Both the position numbers and the translations under genes were made by a program. 64,000 nucleotides of DNA from Bilabrum cf. latius (taxonomy: Eukaryota). A model generated the notes under the pieces. It was not told the DNA's origin and searched no databases. It was given only the letters and a program-made list of their open reading frames with translations. The stretch spans positions 1 through 64,000 of the forward strand of contig OZ237740.1 of NCBI GenBank assembly GCA_965178125.1, in the 5' to 3' direction. Of this stretch, positions 22,937 through 35,704 are shown piece after piece. Position 1 is the first letter of the stretch. Each line of letters begins with the position of its first letter.

Positions 22937-25900
22937 ATGGCTGTCTCGAAGGATGCTATCACTCGTGGCCTGAAGGATGTTGAAGATCCTGACAAGGATG
23001 TTCGTTACATGGCAATCAGCGATCTTGCAACAGAGCTAGGAAAGGAAGGACAGATCGACCCCCCTACGCAGCGGAGGTTAGTTGCGTTCTTCGCTTGCTT
23101 TATGATGCAGTCTGGAATGAGCTACAGGTTCATCTCCGCTATGAGAGACATGTTGAGTCACTGCATACTGTGATTGTCGTTTTTGGTGCTGTACGACCGC
23201 CTCAATCAACTCGACTGCCTTGTTTGATCCATCACAGGATTACCGCCGCCATCCTTGAGCGCATGGAGAAGGATGACTCTGCAGACGTCCAGACCATTGC
23301 AGTGCGATCGTGAGATTTGTATGCGCATTCCTGTTGCTTATATGCCGAGGATTGAACTGCATTTTCTGGTCCCTGTCTCGTGTTGCGCGTACATTTTGAA
23401 GCGCAGCCTGAAAGAGCTCGTGTCTGGTGCAAGCGAGGACACCGTGACGCAAGTTTGCAACACCCTGGCTACACAACTGGCCCATGGAAAGGCGGAAATC
23501 AGGGACGTTTTTGCAATCGGACTGAAAAAGGTGGTGTCCGAGGTCGAGGACGAGCAGGGCTTCATTGTGATTCGAGCTCTTCTTAAGCCATTGTACGACG
23601 ACGTGCAGGGTGCTCCTGGTGTCTCGCCAGAGGACCAGTCAGGAATCCGGGTAGAGGCGCTTGACGTCTTGAACGAGCTCCTGACGAGGTTCGGAGGCAA
23701 GGTGGTGGAGGCTGGCAGGACCGGGGCTGCCACGGTCTCCGACGCTGCACTTCTCAGCGTGCTCCTGAACCAACTTGGTGGCGCGGAAGCAGATACCCCC
23801 AAGCGTGCCATGCTTGCGCTGTCAGCTCTGTCGGCCCACCTCTCGGACGACTTGCTGCAGAGGCTCATGGACGCCCTGCTGGGAGCGATCGCCGCGGATG
23901 GGAAGCCGGGCGCGGCGTCGGGCGCGGGTGCGGCTGGACAGCCCTCTCGCATGGTTGTGGTGCAGGCTATCGGGGCAGTGTCTCGGCAGGTGGGCTGGAG
24001 GCTCTCTGCTTACCTAGAGCGCGTGCTGCCGCTGCTGGAGGCCGCCATGGGCAGCCCCGACGAGGAGGGCCAGGAGAGCGACGAGGTGTGCGAGCTCAGG
24101 GAGAACTGCCTGCATGCAGTGGAGTCGCTGGCAGAGCGCTGTGCTGCCGACATGGCGCCGCACGTGCCGCGCGTCCGTTCTCTGTGCTTGCGCTTTATGT
24201 CGTTCGATCCGAACTATTCGTACGAAGACGCCGATGATGTCGCAGGGGAAGGAGACGAGGACGAGTTCGACGACTACGGGGACGACGAGTACGGCGGGTA
24301 CGAGATGGACGATGGGGATGGCATGGACGCAGACGAGGACGGCACCTGGAAGGTTCGAAGGGGCGCACTCCGCACTCTGCGGGCGCTGCTGCGCTCACGG
24401 CCCGAGGATGTGAAGGAGTACTTCGACGGTGCAGCGGGTAGCGGCGGATAGTCGCCCGCCGTGCAGCTGCTGGACCGCGTGAAGGAACGCGAGGAGAGCG
24501 TGAGGCAGGACGTGCTGCAGTGCTTGCGCGAGCTGCTGCGGGCCACGGTGGTGGTGGAGGGAAACGCCCGGGTGGCGCTGCCCGCAGCCATCGCGTCTCG
24601 CCTTGGCATCGTCCAGGCCGAGGGAGCAGTGACCGGGTCCATGGGGGCGGCAGGAGGCGTGGGCATGGCCGCAGCAGCAGCTGCCGGCCTGCTGCAGCCT
24701 CCTGTGCTGGTACGGCAGAAGAGCGCGGCAGATCTGCTCGCCGAAGAGGTGGGGCCCGCCACCCTGGAGAAGCTGTCGGCTGAGCTGAGCAAGCCCTCTG
24801 GGCTCAAGCCAGCGACGCGCAGCGCCATGCTGGACGTGCTGCTGAGTCTGCAGAGGGCCGCAGGAGGCGCGCTGGCGGGGTCTGCAGCGCTGACCATCGG
24901 AGCTGGGGTGTCTGCCCTGGGCACGGACAGCTCGCAGGTGCAGCTGGACGGGCTGCGGCTGCTGACCACGTGCATGGAGATGATGGACTCGAGAGACCTG
25001 CTACCGCTGCTGGGCCCCGTGGTGGACCAGGTGACTCGGTGCTGCGCGGGAGAGTGGTACAGGCTCGTGGCAGAGGCCCTGCGCACCGCCGGCCGCATCG
25101 CCCTCGTGCTACGGCCCATGCAGGACGACGGCTCGGCATTCCGAAGCGATGTGCCAGCGCCTGACAGCGCCCAGTGCAGCAAGCTCTTCGATGCCGTGCT
25201 CGCGAGGCTGCGCGAGGTGGACATCGACCAGGAGGTAAAGGAGAGCGCCATCACCGCCTCTGGGCTGCTACTATCCTCCATGGGCGACCTGAGGCCGGGT
25301 GCAGTAGACGAGGTGCTGCCAGTGCTGCAGGAGAGACTCGACAACGAGGTCACTCGGACGGCCACTTTGCGCGCGCTGACCTTCGCAGCCACCTCCCCTG
25401 CCGCGCTCGACCTGAAGAAGCACGTGCCTGCGGTGCTGGACAAGGTCGCCGCCTTGCTGCGGCAGAAGAGCAGGCAGGTCCGCCAGTCCTCTCTCGCTGC
25501 TCTCGACGCGCTGCTCAGCAAGCACGCCGACGCCTCGGTCGCAAAGGGCCTTGAGCCCGTGCTGCAGAGCACCGCCGCCATGGTGGATGCCAGCGACGCA
25601 TACCTCGCCCAGTTGGCCCTGAGGGTTGCGGTGGACGCGCTCCGGGCGGGACCGGCCGCGGCGGCGCATGTGAAGTCCTACATCCAGCCCAGGGCGCTGC
25701 AGCTGTCGGCTTCGCCCCTGGTGCAGGGGTCCGCGCTCCGCGCACTGCGGAGCTACTTCGAAGCGGCTGTGGAGGTGGGAGGGGCTGCCGCGGTTGGCGC
25801 ACTTGCTGACGCTATCGTGCAGCAGGCGGCAGCTGGGTCTGGTGGTGCGTCTGGCGGGGCAGCCTCCGGGGCTGGTGCAGGAGGAGGGGACGAGGGGGAG

Positions 25901-27387
25901 CAGGCAGGCTCTCCCCGCCGCCAAGGCCTGCTCAACGCAGCCAGGTGCCTGGCATCTGTAGCGAAAGCCGGGGGCAGCGCGGCAAGCGGGATCCTCAAGC
26001 GCTTCTCGGATGACGCTGCTGCTGCTGCGGCCAACCCGTCGGCGTGCTCGCAGTCGCAGCTGCTGTCTGTCACGTCGATCGGCGAGTGTGGGGCCGAAGG
26101 CCTGCTCGCAGGCGATGCTCAGAAGCGCGCTTTCGACTCGCTCATGTCCAGCATTGAGGGAGACGCCGAGGACCTGAAGTCGGTGGCCAGCATCGCGCTT
26201 GGTGCCCTGATCGTAGGGTCCACGAGCGAAGCCTTGCCCGCCTTCCTCGCCCGCCTCAGCAAGGACGACAGCGCTGACAACTACTACCTGCTGTCTGCCC
26301 TGCGGGAGTGCCTGGAGAGGCATGCCCCGGCGACGCAATCGGGCCCTGATTTCAGCCCGGTCGCCGGCAAGGTCCTGCCAATTCTTGCATCCAAGGCGGA
26401 AACTGAAGATGAGGGAATCCGCAACATGGTTGCCGCATGCCTCGGCCTGCTCGCCGCCGCATCGCCCGGCGAAGTGTTCCCTCGCGTCACCGGCATGGCT
26501 TCTGATGGCGCCAGCAGCCCCGGACTTCGATGGGTGGCTTGCACTTCTGTGCGCTTCGGCGTGACGGCAGCTGGGGCGGGGCCATTCGCAGGTTGTGACT
26601 GGAAGCCATTCTTGGCGCTGTTGCATGACGCCGATCTGTCCGTCCGCCATGCAGCACTTCTGACCCTCGGTGCTCTGATCCAGCACGCTCCGAGCTCACT
26701 GCGCAGCACCCTTCGGCTGACAGAATGCAAGATTCCTCTTGAGGCAGAGCCTGAAGTGGATTTGGATGGGGTCGGAGTTTTGCCGCTCCTCTACTATGAG
26801 ACTGCAAGGCACGCTGGCCGTGTTCGCAAGGTGCAGTTGGGGCCGTTCAGCCATGAAATTGACGATGGCCTACCCCTCCGCAAATCAGCCTTCTCTGCTT
26901 TAGATGCGTAAGATCACGCGTAACTCGTATGCGCTTGCACCTCTATCTTAACTCTGCCAGTCCTATCCGCTCGATCTCAAGAACACCAACGCATCGCAGG
27001 ATCTTTACATTCATGAGCGACAGGGCTGACAGTGCGTTCCTCCCAGCTCTGTGCAAGGGACTGCAAGATCCCGCTGATGACGTTATTTTGCTTACGCATC
27101 ATACTCTTCTCAAGCTGATCTCCAACAAGTTTTGGCAGATTCGCGTTACTGCTGCCATCGACGATGTTGTCGAAGGATTGAAGCGCCCCTTCGATGCTTT
27201 GGCCACCGGCAAGAAGAGCAAGATGCCGGGCAATGACGTGCTGCGGTCATCCCTTCGAGTCGTTGATTCAATTTAGTCAAATTGCAAGGAAGCAATGTCA
27301 ACTGCGAAGTTTGAAGCAGTTTTGCAGCAGATTGACTCTATCCCCAAAACGAAGGAAATGCTTGCAGACATTCGGTCAGGTCCTTGA
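22937..27387 (+). CDS. CAND1: Cullin-associated NEDD8-dissociated protein 1 (HEAT repeats)
   Basis: Motifs DKDVRYMAISDL, ELRENCL, DPNY, WKVRR, KEREESVR, DIDQEVKE, RLDNEVTR, EGIRNMVA and GPFSHEIDDGLPLRKSAF. Three GT-AG introns. TAG at 24449 and 27274. TGA at 27385-27387. Confidence 0.96.
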
Positions 27388-28679
27388 CCATTTGGATCAG
27401 GCTAAATTCTTCTTGTCTGATTGAATTGGAGAGGCTATCTGTAATGCTTTATGTGGATCAAGCAGTCACAATCAAATCAGGTATTTATGAATCAAGATAT
27501 TTTCAATCAATGGGATCAAATAGCGCATTTGGTAAAAATATTTCCCTGAACTATATTTTTCTTGCCGTTCTGTTTGTTGCCCAAGTAGTCATGAATGAGG
27601 AGCATACTTACACATGGTTTGAGCGAACATGCGAGTACTGGGCCTATGACTTGAATCGTGGCCGTCGTAGATCTGACGCCTATTGTTTCCATTCGAAAAA
27701 CGTTTCGTGTTATTGCGGCATTTGTGATATGGGCTACATGGAACGGATCTGCCCCAAACTCTTAACTTTTGAAGATTAATTTAGATTTTACATAATATTT
27801 AAGGTGCCGTGTTTCGATAAATTCGAATTATCTAGGCACACAACATCGCAAAACTCACGTACAATTGAAATATCTAGACTAATTAGGGATATTTTGTGTG
27901 GTTAGCTATTTTGTTTGGAATAAATTATGATCTGTGTGGGTTTGGGATATGATTTAGAACAATAGGATAGAAGTTAGCGATTTGTTGGCTCGAAATGTAC
28001 TTTTTGGCATGGCAAAGGTCAAATTGCTATTCCAGCACGCCCACGTCTGATTGTCAGCATCTTGTGCCCAAGCACTGCTCCTCGACCGTATTCTTAATCC
28101 TGGGGACTTGAAGCTTTCTACCTTATCGCTGCAAGCAAATCAATCTTATTTGATTTTGTTATTTCTTACTGCATGTTCTTGCGGTTGATCTATTTGGTGA
28201 CAAAAGTACAGTAATAATATCTTTATAAAGAATCGGATGTAGTTATTCTGGAAAAAGTCGTATTGTCATAATCAATCGTCATCATCACCTTCGAGACCTC
28301 GCCTTGGACCCTCGCCCAAAACTAGTTCTCTGTGGCACTTATCGAGACTTCTGAGCTGAGTTAGGATGATCCAGAAACACCCATACCCCGCCGTGGTGGG
28401 GTTGTTGCGCAACTAAAGCTCCTGGAGCCTCGGGCTCGATACCCAGAGGAGGGCTTCCCGACCATCGGCATGCAAGCTCCTTTCCGATTCCGGCTCTGTG
28501 CAAACTATTGCCAGTTCAATATCCACCGGAGGCCTCGCGCGTTCTCCAACACAGGCAAGACGACAGCTCCATGTACTCTGCTTATAGAGATTAATTATTC
28601 TGAATGCATAATTATATATATTGTTTGCCAGTACCATTGCTTGAAATATGCGGGATTCAATCTTTAATGCCAATTTCAT

Positions 28680-30317
28680 TCACAAAATGACACGGATATA
28701 CTGAATGCCAAAACAGAGCAATAGAATGAGTAATTGGTTGGCTTCCATAGAAGGACCCTTCGTTCGGACAAGCGCTTCATCAAACTCTTGCAAAAAACTG
28801 CTGGATCTGTCGGCTGTGTCCATTATCATATCGAGCAATCTTGGAAATAGTGACTACCGCGATATGTTCAATACTTTGCCGGGCTATGATCGAATACGAA
28901 ACTGCACTTCATCATTTGGACAAGGTGTCTCTGATTCTTTCGCTTTAAATTGCTCTACGCTAGCACTAGGAACATCAAAAACGTGAACAGTGCTTGAATA
29001 GTCCCCAGCGACTACGTTCAGCATAATCTTAAAACTGTCGGTTGTGACACTCTTAAGAGTACAAAAATCGATCATGTCTTTCCAAGCTTTTCCGAAAGCG
29101 CCGTGCACTTGCATCAGACACCGCGCTGGACCTGAGTCAATCTTTCTAGGGGAATCTCCAGGCTTAGGTGGATAAGAAACACAAGCCCACATAGCAACTG
29201 GAAGCGACAAGCGTTGGCTCATACACGTGCACAGGCTTGCCTGGTCTTGATCCAAATTTCCGGCACGAAGAGCTACTGATATCATAGATTGAATCCGGTG
29301 GTGAGTGCCTGCAGGACACAAAACACTACCACATTTGACATCCTATAGAGTCTACGCTGAGCTTTTCGGATTGCTATGTGCAGTCGATAAAGAAGGCGAA
29401 GAAGTAGCAGCTGATACAGCCACCTGTGCAGATGATGCAGCTTGTGCTGGGGCAGTCCCTTGTGTACCTGACTGCCCGACGGGGCCAGAACTTAACTATG
29501 GCTGCAATACTTGGACTGCAGCTTGCCTCGCACCGATCTGGTGCATCAGCCAAGGGAATAGTGTATCACCAGGAGATGCAATCAGGCGCTCCAGTAACTT
29601 GTGGTCAAATCCAACCAACTTCGATGCTTTGATGAAAGCATCCAAATCATCGGTTTGCTGTGGTGTCCCAATGAAGTCAACTTCAAATGCGCCCTACCTT
29701 GGCAGCACGTCCAAATGCAAAGGCATGCCTGCTGCTTGATCAGATAAAGAGGCGTCTTCTGCAGGGGCGACTGTAAGCGCGTGTTTCAGGGCAACAGAGT
29801 CTATCCGTCGCTTCTTGCCGGCACGAGTGCCTTCCTCTGATTCAGTAGCTACGCTTCCCGGTTTTCGCTATGCTCCAGGTGGCATTTTAATGAGCCCTTT
29901 CGATCTGTCTGTCTGGTCCATCGTGCTCGATGATGCTTCGCGTAATGGACTGTTGTGTGCCTGCAGGCTGGCTTCGTCGGAATCGGGCTTTCGGCGCTTC
30001 TCGCCGCAAACGGCAGCTGCAGCCCGCGATAGAACACCTTCTGCAACAGCCCCAATCGTGCTTTTGAGCAACTTTGCAGTGGCCTCGCGATCCGTAGGAG
30101 CAATCTAGAGACCTCTTTCAGATATTTTCTGCTCGAGCCAAATTAGAAAGTGGTCCTCCGACACAGAACTGCTTGACCCACTTGCGTCAGTCTCCATGTC
30201 ATACAATAGGTCAAGGAGGCAACTTGTTTCCTGCTATCCAAAGCCTTCGTGTTGCCCCTGGGGTTTGCCGCAGCAGCAGGTTCGTGCGATTCCGAATTGC
30301 AGAAGTTGCAGTTGCCA
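28680..30317 (-). CDS. Hypothetical protein (major exon; ends uncertain)
   Basis: 1,638-nt frame with 9 TAG and no TAA/TGA in moderate-GC DNA. Further exons may lie at about 30430-31125 and 28270-28580. No family recognised. Confidence 0.5.
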
Positions 30318-31127
30318 TCATCAACATTGTGCGCACACGATGGCACCACAGATCTAGTGCAAGGTAAGACCTGCTCGTGAAATAGACATTTTATGGACCA
30401 TGGCTTCTATTCGGCTCATCAAGTTATGTTATCCGACTATCCAAAGCCCCCGAGCCACCCTGTCCCACCTGCCACACGCAGACGGACGCCTATACACTGA
30501 GCAGAGCCAGAGAGATTGTATCCAGCCATATTCAATACCGTGGCTCACCAGCAAGTACCCTTCCGAGTCAGCAATATGCGAGCGAGCATCAATTGTTCGC
30601 CATTCACTGGCAGCGCCAGCCCCATGGACCTGACAGGCCACGGCTGTGGTGCAAGAGCTCCCGTGCACTGTAGCGGGGGTAAATGTCGATATAAGCTCAG
30701 AAGAGAAGGGTGAATCATTGCTGTGGACCCAGCTGCCTCCTATTTGAAGGCAGGATCTGAGCGCGGTCATCATCGATCGTGAGCACTGCGTGCTGGCGCT
30801 GCTTGGCAGACGCTGCCATCTGTCGGGTGGGACACGCAATCGACCTCGACCGGGATGGTCGTTGCTGTAGCAGAAGATATATAAGAATCGCGCCATGCGA
30901 CCATGTACAACGACCATTGGCACCCAGCCTGGTGGACCGCAGCGTGTGATTGTCCAGTCCACAACGCTTGGGGGAGGGCGAGAGCTGGTGCCCCAGTGCA
31001 GTGTAGGTGCAGGCTTGCTCGGCTTCCCGACAATCAGCAGTCGGCCAGCATAGAGTGGATGTTAAATTGCATTGGAAGGCTGCACTCACCGCGACTATTA
31101 CTCGAGGCCAATCCCCACCAGCCATGG

Positions 31128-34100
31128 GGGGATCTGATATTTTGTGGACTCAACTCAAAAGCGCACGCTATCACGAAGAAACATCTGGAACGAGGGCCCG
31201 GGACCTACCAGACTTCACGCTTCAGCTGCAATGGCCTAAACCACCTAAGCTCCACCCTGGGGACCCATTTCCCCCTGGGGAGCGTCAGCGTTCACGTTCC
31301 CTCCGGCGCCCGCTGCCGGCACCCCGTCCTGCTGCCCGTTCTGAGCCAACCCTGCCTTGACGTTGGCGATCGCCACGGCGAGGTTGTTGTTTTCGGCTGC
31401 CCCTACAGCCAGGCTGGCAAAGTCCTCCCGGACCGCCCTTGCGAGCGCCCGTTTGGCCTTCGCTGCAGCCCTCCTCGATCCCTTCGAGACAAAATCGAGG
31501 ATCCTTGAGTGGTCCTGCATGACCCGTGAGTACATAGTGTGGTACACACGCTGTTCCCCGCGCACGTGCTGGTGCTAGGCGGCAACGGAGAGGCGAGCCT
31601 TTGCCACAGAAGACCACGAGAGGCGTGCGTTGGCCGGACGAGTCGAAACCCGCCGCCCTTTGTCCTCCTACCTCTTCTTCCGCAACTTGTCGAGCACCTG
31701 CAGGAACTCGACCGACTTCTCCCCGATTCCCCCCAACACGTCCACCACAAAGGGTACGACCCGCACGCCACTGCGTACCGCCCCTTTCTGCGTCCTCACG
31801 GTCCCAGGACACCACTTGTCTTCTCCTCCGATCCGGACGCCGAGCGCTCCGAGGTCGACGGGCCTGCCGTAGCTGGCCAGCTTCGTGGCATGCGCGGCCC
31901 GCAAAGCAGACCCCTCTTGCCAGTCGCTGCCAATCCTCCACGACGAGCGGTCCCACCGGTAAGTTGCCGCAGTGGAATCAACCACCGTGACATCGATGAG
32001 ATAAGCCGTCCCCTCGTGCTCAAAGAACAGGTCGCCGCGTGGCACGAGCGGACCGCGCCGACCCGGCAGCCGGGCCACTTGGCCCTCTGGCTCCCGGATA
32101 GGGCGTCTGCCCGTGGCCTCGCGGACCACCTGCTCGAGCACGTTGAGCACCCGGAAGTGCCTGCGGCCTGGAAGGCCTCCGCAGACACGCTTGTCCTTGC
32201 ACGTGGCACCGTGGCGAACTGACTAGATCAGTTCGACTACCTTGCCCTGCTTCCGGCACCCCGGGCAGATCTGCGTGACGCGCCACGCCTCCCCACATGC
32301 ACCGTGCGTTGCCCCAAGAGGTTGTGGGGGACAGCTGCACGGCTATGGGATGGCGAGACGCTGGCAGAACATGCCCCGGGCATCTTCAGGCTGGACTCGG
32401 CTCAGGACAGAGAGCGGCGCATGCAGCCAAGACCCGGCTCCTTGGGACCTGGCGGCGCGGATTGTGGCTCGCGCCACTCCTGCGTACTCTCTGGTGACTG
32501 CATCGACTGGAGCGAGTCTGTCGTGCGCAAGCGGAGATGAGGCATCCCAGAGGAGCCTCTCCACCTGCACTCGCTCAGCCAGTGCCGTCACATGGCTCTG
32601 GTTGTGCCCTCCTGCGGCACCTTCGAGAAAACGAATAACCGCCTGCGATGCGGTGGGTGCCGGCTGCTCCCCAGCCAGCTGCCTCGTCACCCATGCCCGA
32701 AGGTCCTTCACCTCCAGGCGCCAGGGTTCAGTGGCCCCACCGCACAGCTCCATACGGGCTGCCTTCTCGGCTGGGCTGCCCAGGAGTTCCGAAGTGCGGG
32801 CTGTGTCCCACACCATACCATAGCGTGGGGGGACGTCAGCCTCCGGAACAAGTGGAAGCAACGGACTCGGGAAACCAGCCATCCCGAAATTGTCTTGCTT
32901 CCCCTCTTGTACGAGTCTCCCGTACTTCGAGATTGCGGTCATCACCGTGTCCACAAGGGAGTTCAGGCGCGCGGTGCGCCCTCGCAGTGGGTTCAGCAGA
33001 GGGGGTGCCTCCCCGGCACCTGCCGCCGCACCTTCCCCGACCTCCTCCGCCGGGTCCCACTGGTTGAGCGCCACCTGCAGGTGTGGCAGGTTGAAATCGC
33101 GTGCTACCCTCGCCAACCAAGGCCACACATCCAACAACCCCCCGACGCACATTGCCTCCCGGGTTAAATCGGCAGGCACGAGCCCCACTCCGAGACCCCC
33201 ACGGGCAACGGATAGCGGACCCAGCACGTCCAACACCTGTCTCTGGGCCTGCGAGAGAGCGCTTACACGCATCCCTGTCAGGAACTCCAGAAACGCTCCC
33301 TACACTTCCTTCAAGTGGGGTGTCACCCCGTCCTTAAGCTCGGGCAAGAGGCACCCGCTCCTGTGCACGTGCGTCCACGCCGGCACTACGCACCGGGCAA
33401 ACAGTGCGCGCGCACTGATTGGGTCCAGGTAGGCCAGGCGAAAAGCCTGGACCACCGTCTCTTCCAAGCGTCCCTTCAAGACTTGTTCGGCCACTCCGAC
33501 TTCGGTCCCTACCGGGACGCCCAGGATCCTCAGCCCATGCTCGTGGACCACTCCTTCGAGCCTATCCTCCTGGTCTGGCGCCAATAGGTGGACCAGGCGC
33601 TAATAGGTGGCTCGGGAGGGGGAGAAGAACGACGTTTTCTTCTAGTTGAGGGAGAGGCCGACGTCCCCCAACTTCCCCTCCAACGTGGCGATGGCTGCCC
33701 TGACATTATCTAGCTCCCCCAACAGGAACACGTCGTCAAGGTACGCTACTAGGTACACATCCATGTGGGCAATCTTTGTCGCTTTCAGAGCGCCCTAAAT
33801 GGCTGCGCAGAACAGCGCTGGAGACAATGGCGACCCCTACAGCACCCCCTCCAGGTTCTGCACAAGCTCTGTTCCATCCTCGCCAGACACAACACCATGT
33901 ACTGCGTGCTGCAGACACTGGTGTACGTAAGTGCCCAGTCCGGTGGACAGCGACGCCAAAGCTTGCAAGGTCGCCTTCCGATGGATGGAGCCATATGCAT
34001 CCGAGGCATCCAGCGCAGCGACCACCCACTCAGGGTTAGCGCTGAGAAGAACCTGGATCGTTGCAATGGCTCCGTCCATCCCGCACTTGAGCCCCGCCCC

Positions 34101-35698
34101 CATCTGGTGTGGGGCGCAAGCTCGCTACACCTTCGGCAGCAATTCGGGCCGAAGGGCTCGGCTCACAAATGTATGCCACTGAGGCTGGATTGCGATGACC
34201 CTGAACTCCGAGCCCCCCTCCCCTTTCGGGATTGGGACCCCTCGAAACAGGCCCAGGCACGCGAACAGGCACGGCGGCAGGGCTCCCTCAACCATGGACT
34301 AGCAGAAGGCATGGAAGTCGTCATAAAGCCGCTTCACATCAGCTCCCTCCCCGGTCAGCAAGGTTTTCAGCACCTCTCTCGTCACACCAAAAGCATCTGG
34401 CGCCTTGAGTCGCAGGGCCTTCTAGACCTCCTCCCCTAGTCTAGCCCCCGACAGCTCCACCACATGCTCGCGCGCGTCTCCTCCAGTTCCCCCTCGTCGG
34501 CCTCTTCGCACCGGGCGTGTCCAGCGGAACCTGGGGATCGGCTGGGACCTCTTGGTGCGAAACTTCCCCTAAACCTTCGCCTGCATTTCGGCTGCCGTAC
34601 CCCTAGCGTGGGGCCTAGCAGCCAACCGCGACATGGCCTTACGGTAGTCCCCGATCGACAGAAACCGGAGGCAACTGCGTACTGCCTTGCGCGATGGGGG
34701 GGAAGGAAGTCCCTTGCCACTGACGCTGGAAAGGATACCCCCCAACTTCTCCACAATCCTCCCGCGGGCTGCGAGAGACTCGGGATCATCAGATGGGGAG
34801 CTCCCACTCTTTCGGTCTACCACGGCTCCACCAGCTATGGCTTCCTACTCAGCGGCAGCTTCGCGCGGGACACGAGAATCCGACGGCCGGCGACACAGCA
34901 AAACAAACACTTTCAGCTTATGTAAAGCCTACAGCGTGAGCTTCTCCTCCAGTTCTTTGCCTTTACCAGAATCGTTGGTCCAGGCGGAGGATACATTCAT
35001 AGTCTCCTTCAGGAAGAGAGAAAGGGCGGCTCGCGCCTCCTTTTTCTAATCTAAATTCATACTACGAAGCGCTGTCTCGCGTTCGGGCCAGAACGCACAC
35101 TCAAGGATCAGCTTGCGAACGTCGTCGGGCAGTGGCACTGCCTCCAACTCAGCCGCCTAATGCTCCGCAGGAACCCCCGCTCCGGCCCCGCCGGCAACTT
35201 GTGGGACTGCATGTGGAACATTTGCTTCACCCTGATCTGCATCTTCTTCAGCTGCGGCGACTGCGGCATTATCTGCCCCCGGCGCCGCCTCAGCAACCAC
35301 GATTGCTGCACCTCCGACCGCCGCCTCACCCACAGGCTAGGGAGGCTAAGCGTGACCGAAGTGCTAGCGTCCAATGACTCCGTCGGAATCAGAATCATTG
35401 GAATCGGGGGGGTTGGGGACTCCTGGTCCGGTCTAAGCGGCGCTGGCAGCACCGGCAGAATCCTTGGCAAGTAACCTTCCCAAGGCGAATCTTTGCGCGA
35501 CTCCCACACCCATTCTGGGCATCTTACCCTTACCGGCAACACGCCCTGAACGTAGGACGATCTGACCCCCCCCGGGGTCATCCATTTCCCAAGGAGATTG
35601 CCATCCAATACATTTGTAGCGTGCAGTTAGGGTTTCTTTCCCAGGATCTTGCCTTGCCAAGAACACGCCTGTATTCTGGCACCTGACATTGTGGGGTT
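31128..35698 (-). mobile_element. Non-LTR retrotransposon with restriction-like endonuclease (CRE-like, R2 superfamily), apparently intact
   Basis: Single ORF encoding RT, a CCHC knuckle and a PD-(D/E)xK-type RLE. Boundaries are taken from the 10-bp direct repeat CCAGCCATGG at 31118-31127 and 35699-35708. No poly(A) tail seen, so the ends are tentative. Confidence 0.88.
31215..35585 (-). CDS. Retrotransposon polyprotein, RT + CCHC + RLE, about 1,456 aa
   Basis: One frame with 23 TAG and no TAA/TGA. Motifs in order: GDYRKAM, KAPDAFG, IPK...FRVIAI, PHQMG, LDASDAY, GVL[TAG]GSPLSPALF, AYLDD, GLSLN, ILGVPVG, GGLG, AGSWL, CPGC...HGATC...RH, RGDL...IDVTV, K...Y, VPFVVDVLG, RLSVAA[TAG]. Confidence 0.93.
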
Positions 35699-35704
35699 CC
35701 AGCC

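Noticed and set aside
27390-28270. AT-rich island as a possible endogenous virophage or Polinton fragment
   Set aside because: It is short, with no convincing ORF or terminal repeats, and is consistent with ordinary intergenic DNA between convergent genes.
35627-35634. Single TTAGGG near the retrotransposon 5' end suggesting telomere targeting
   Set aside because: One hexamer is expected by chance and this copy is not in a telomere.
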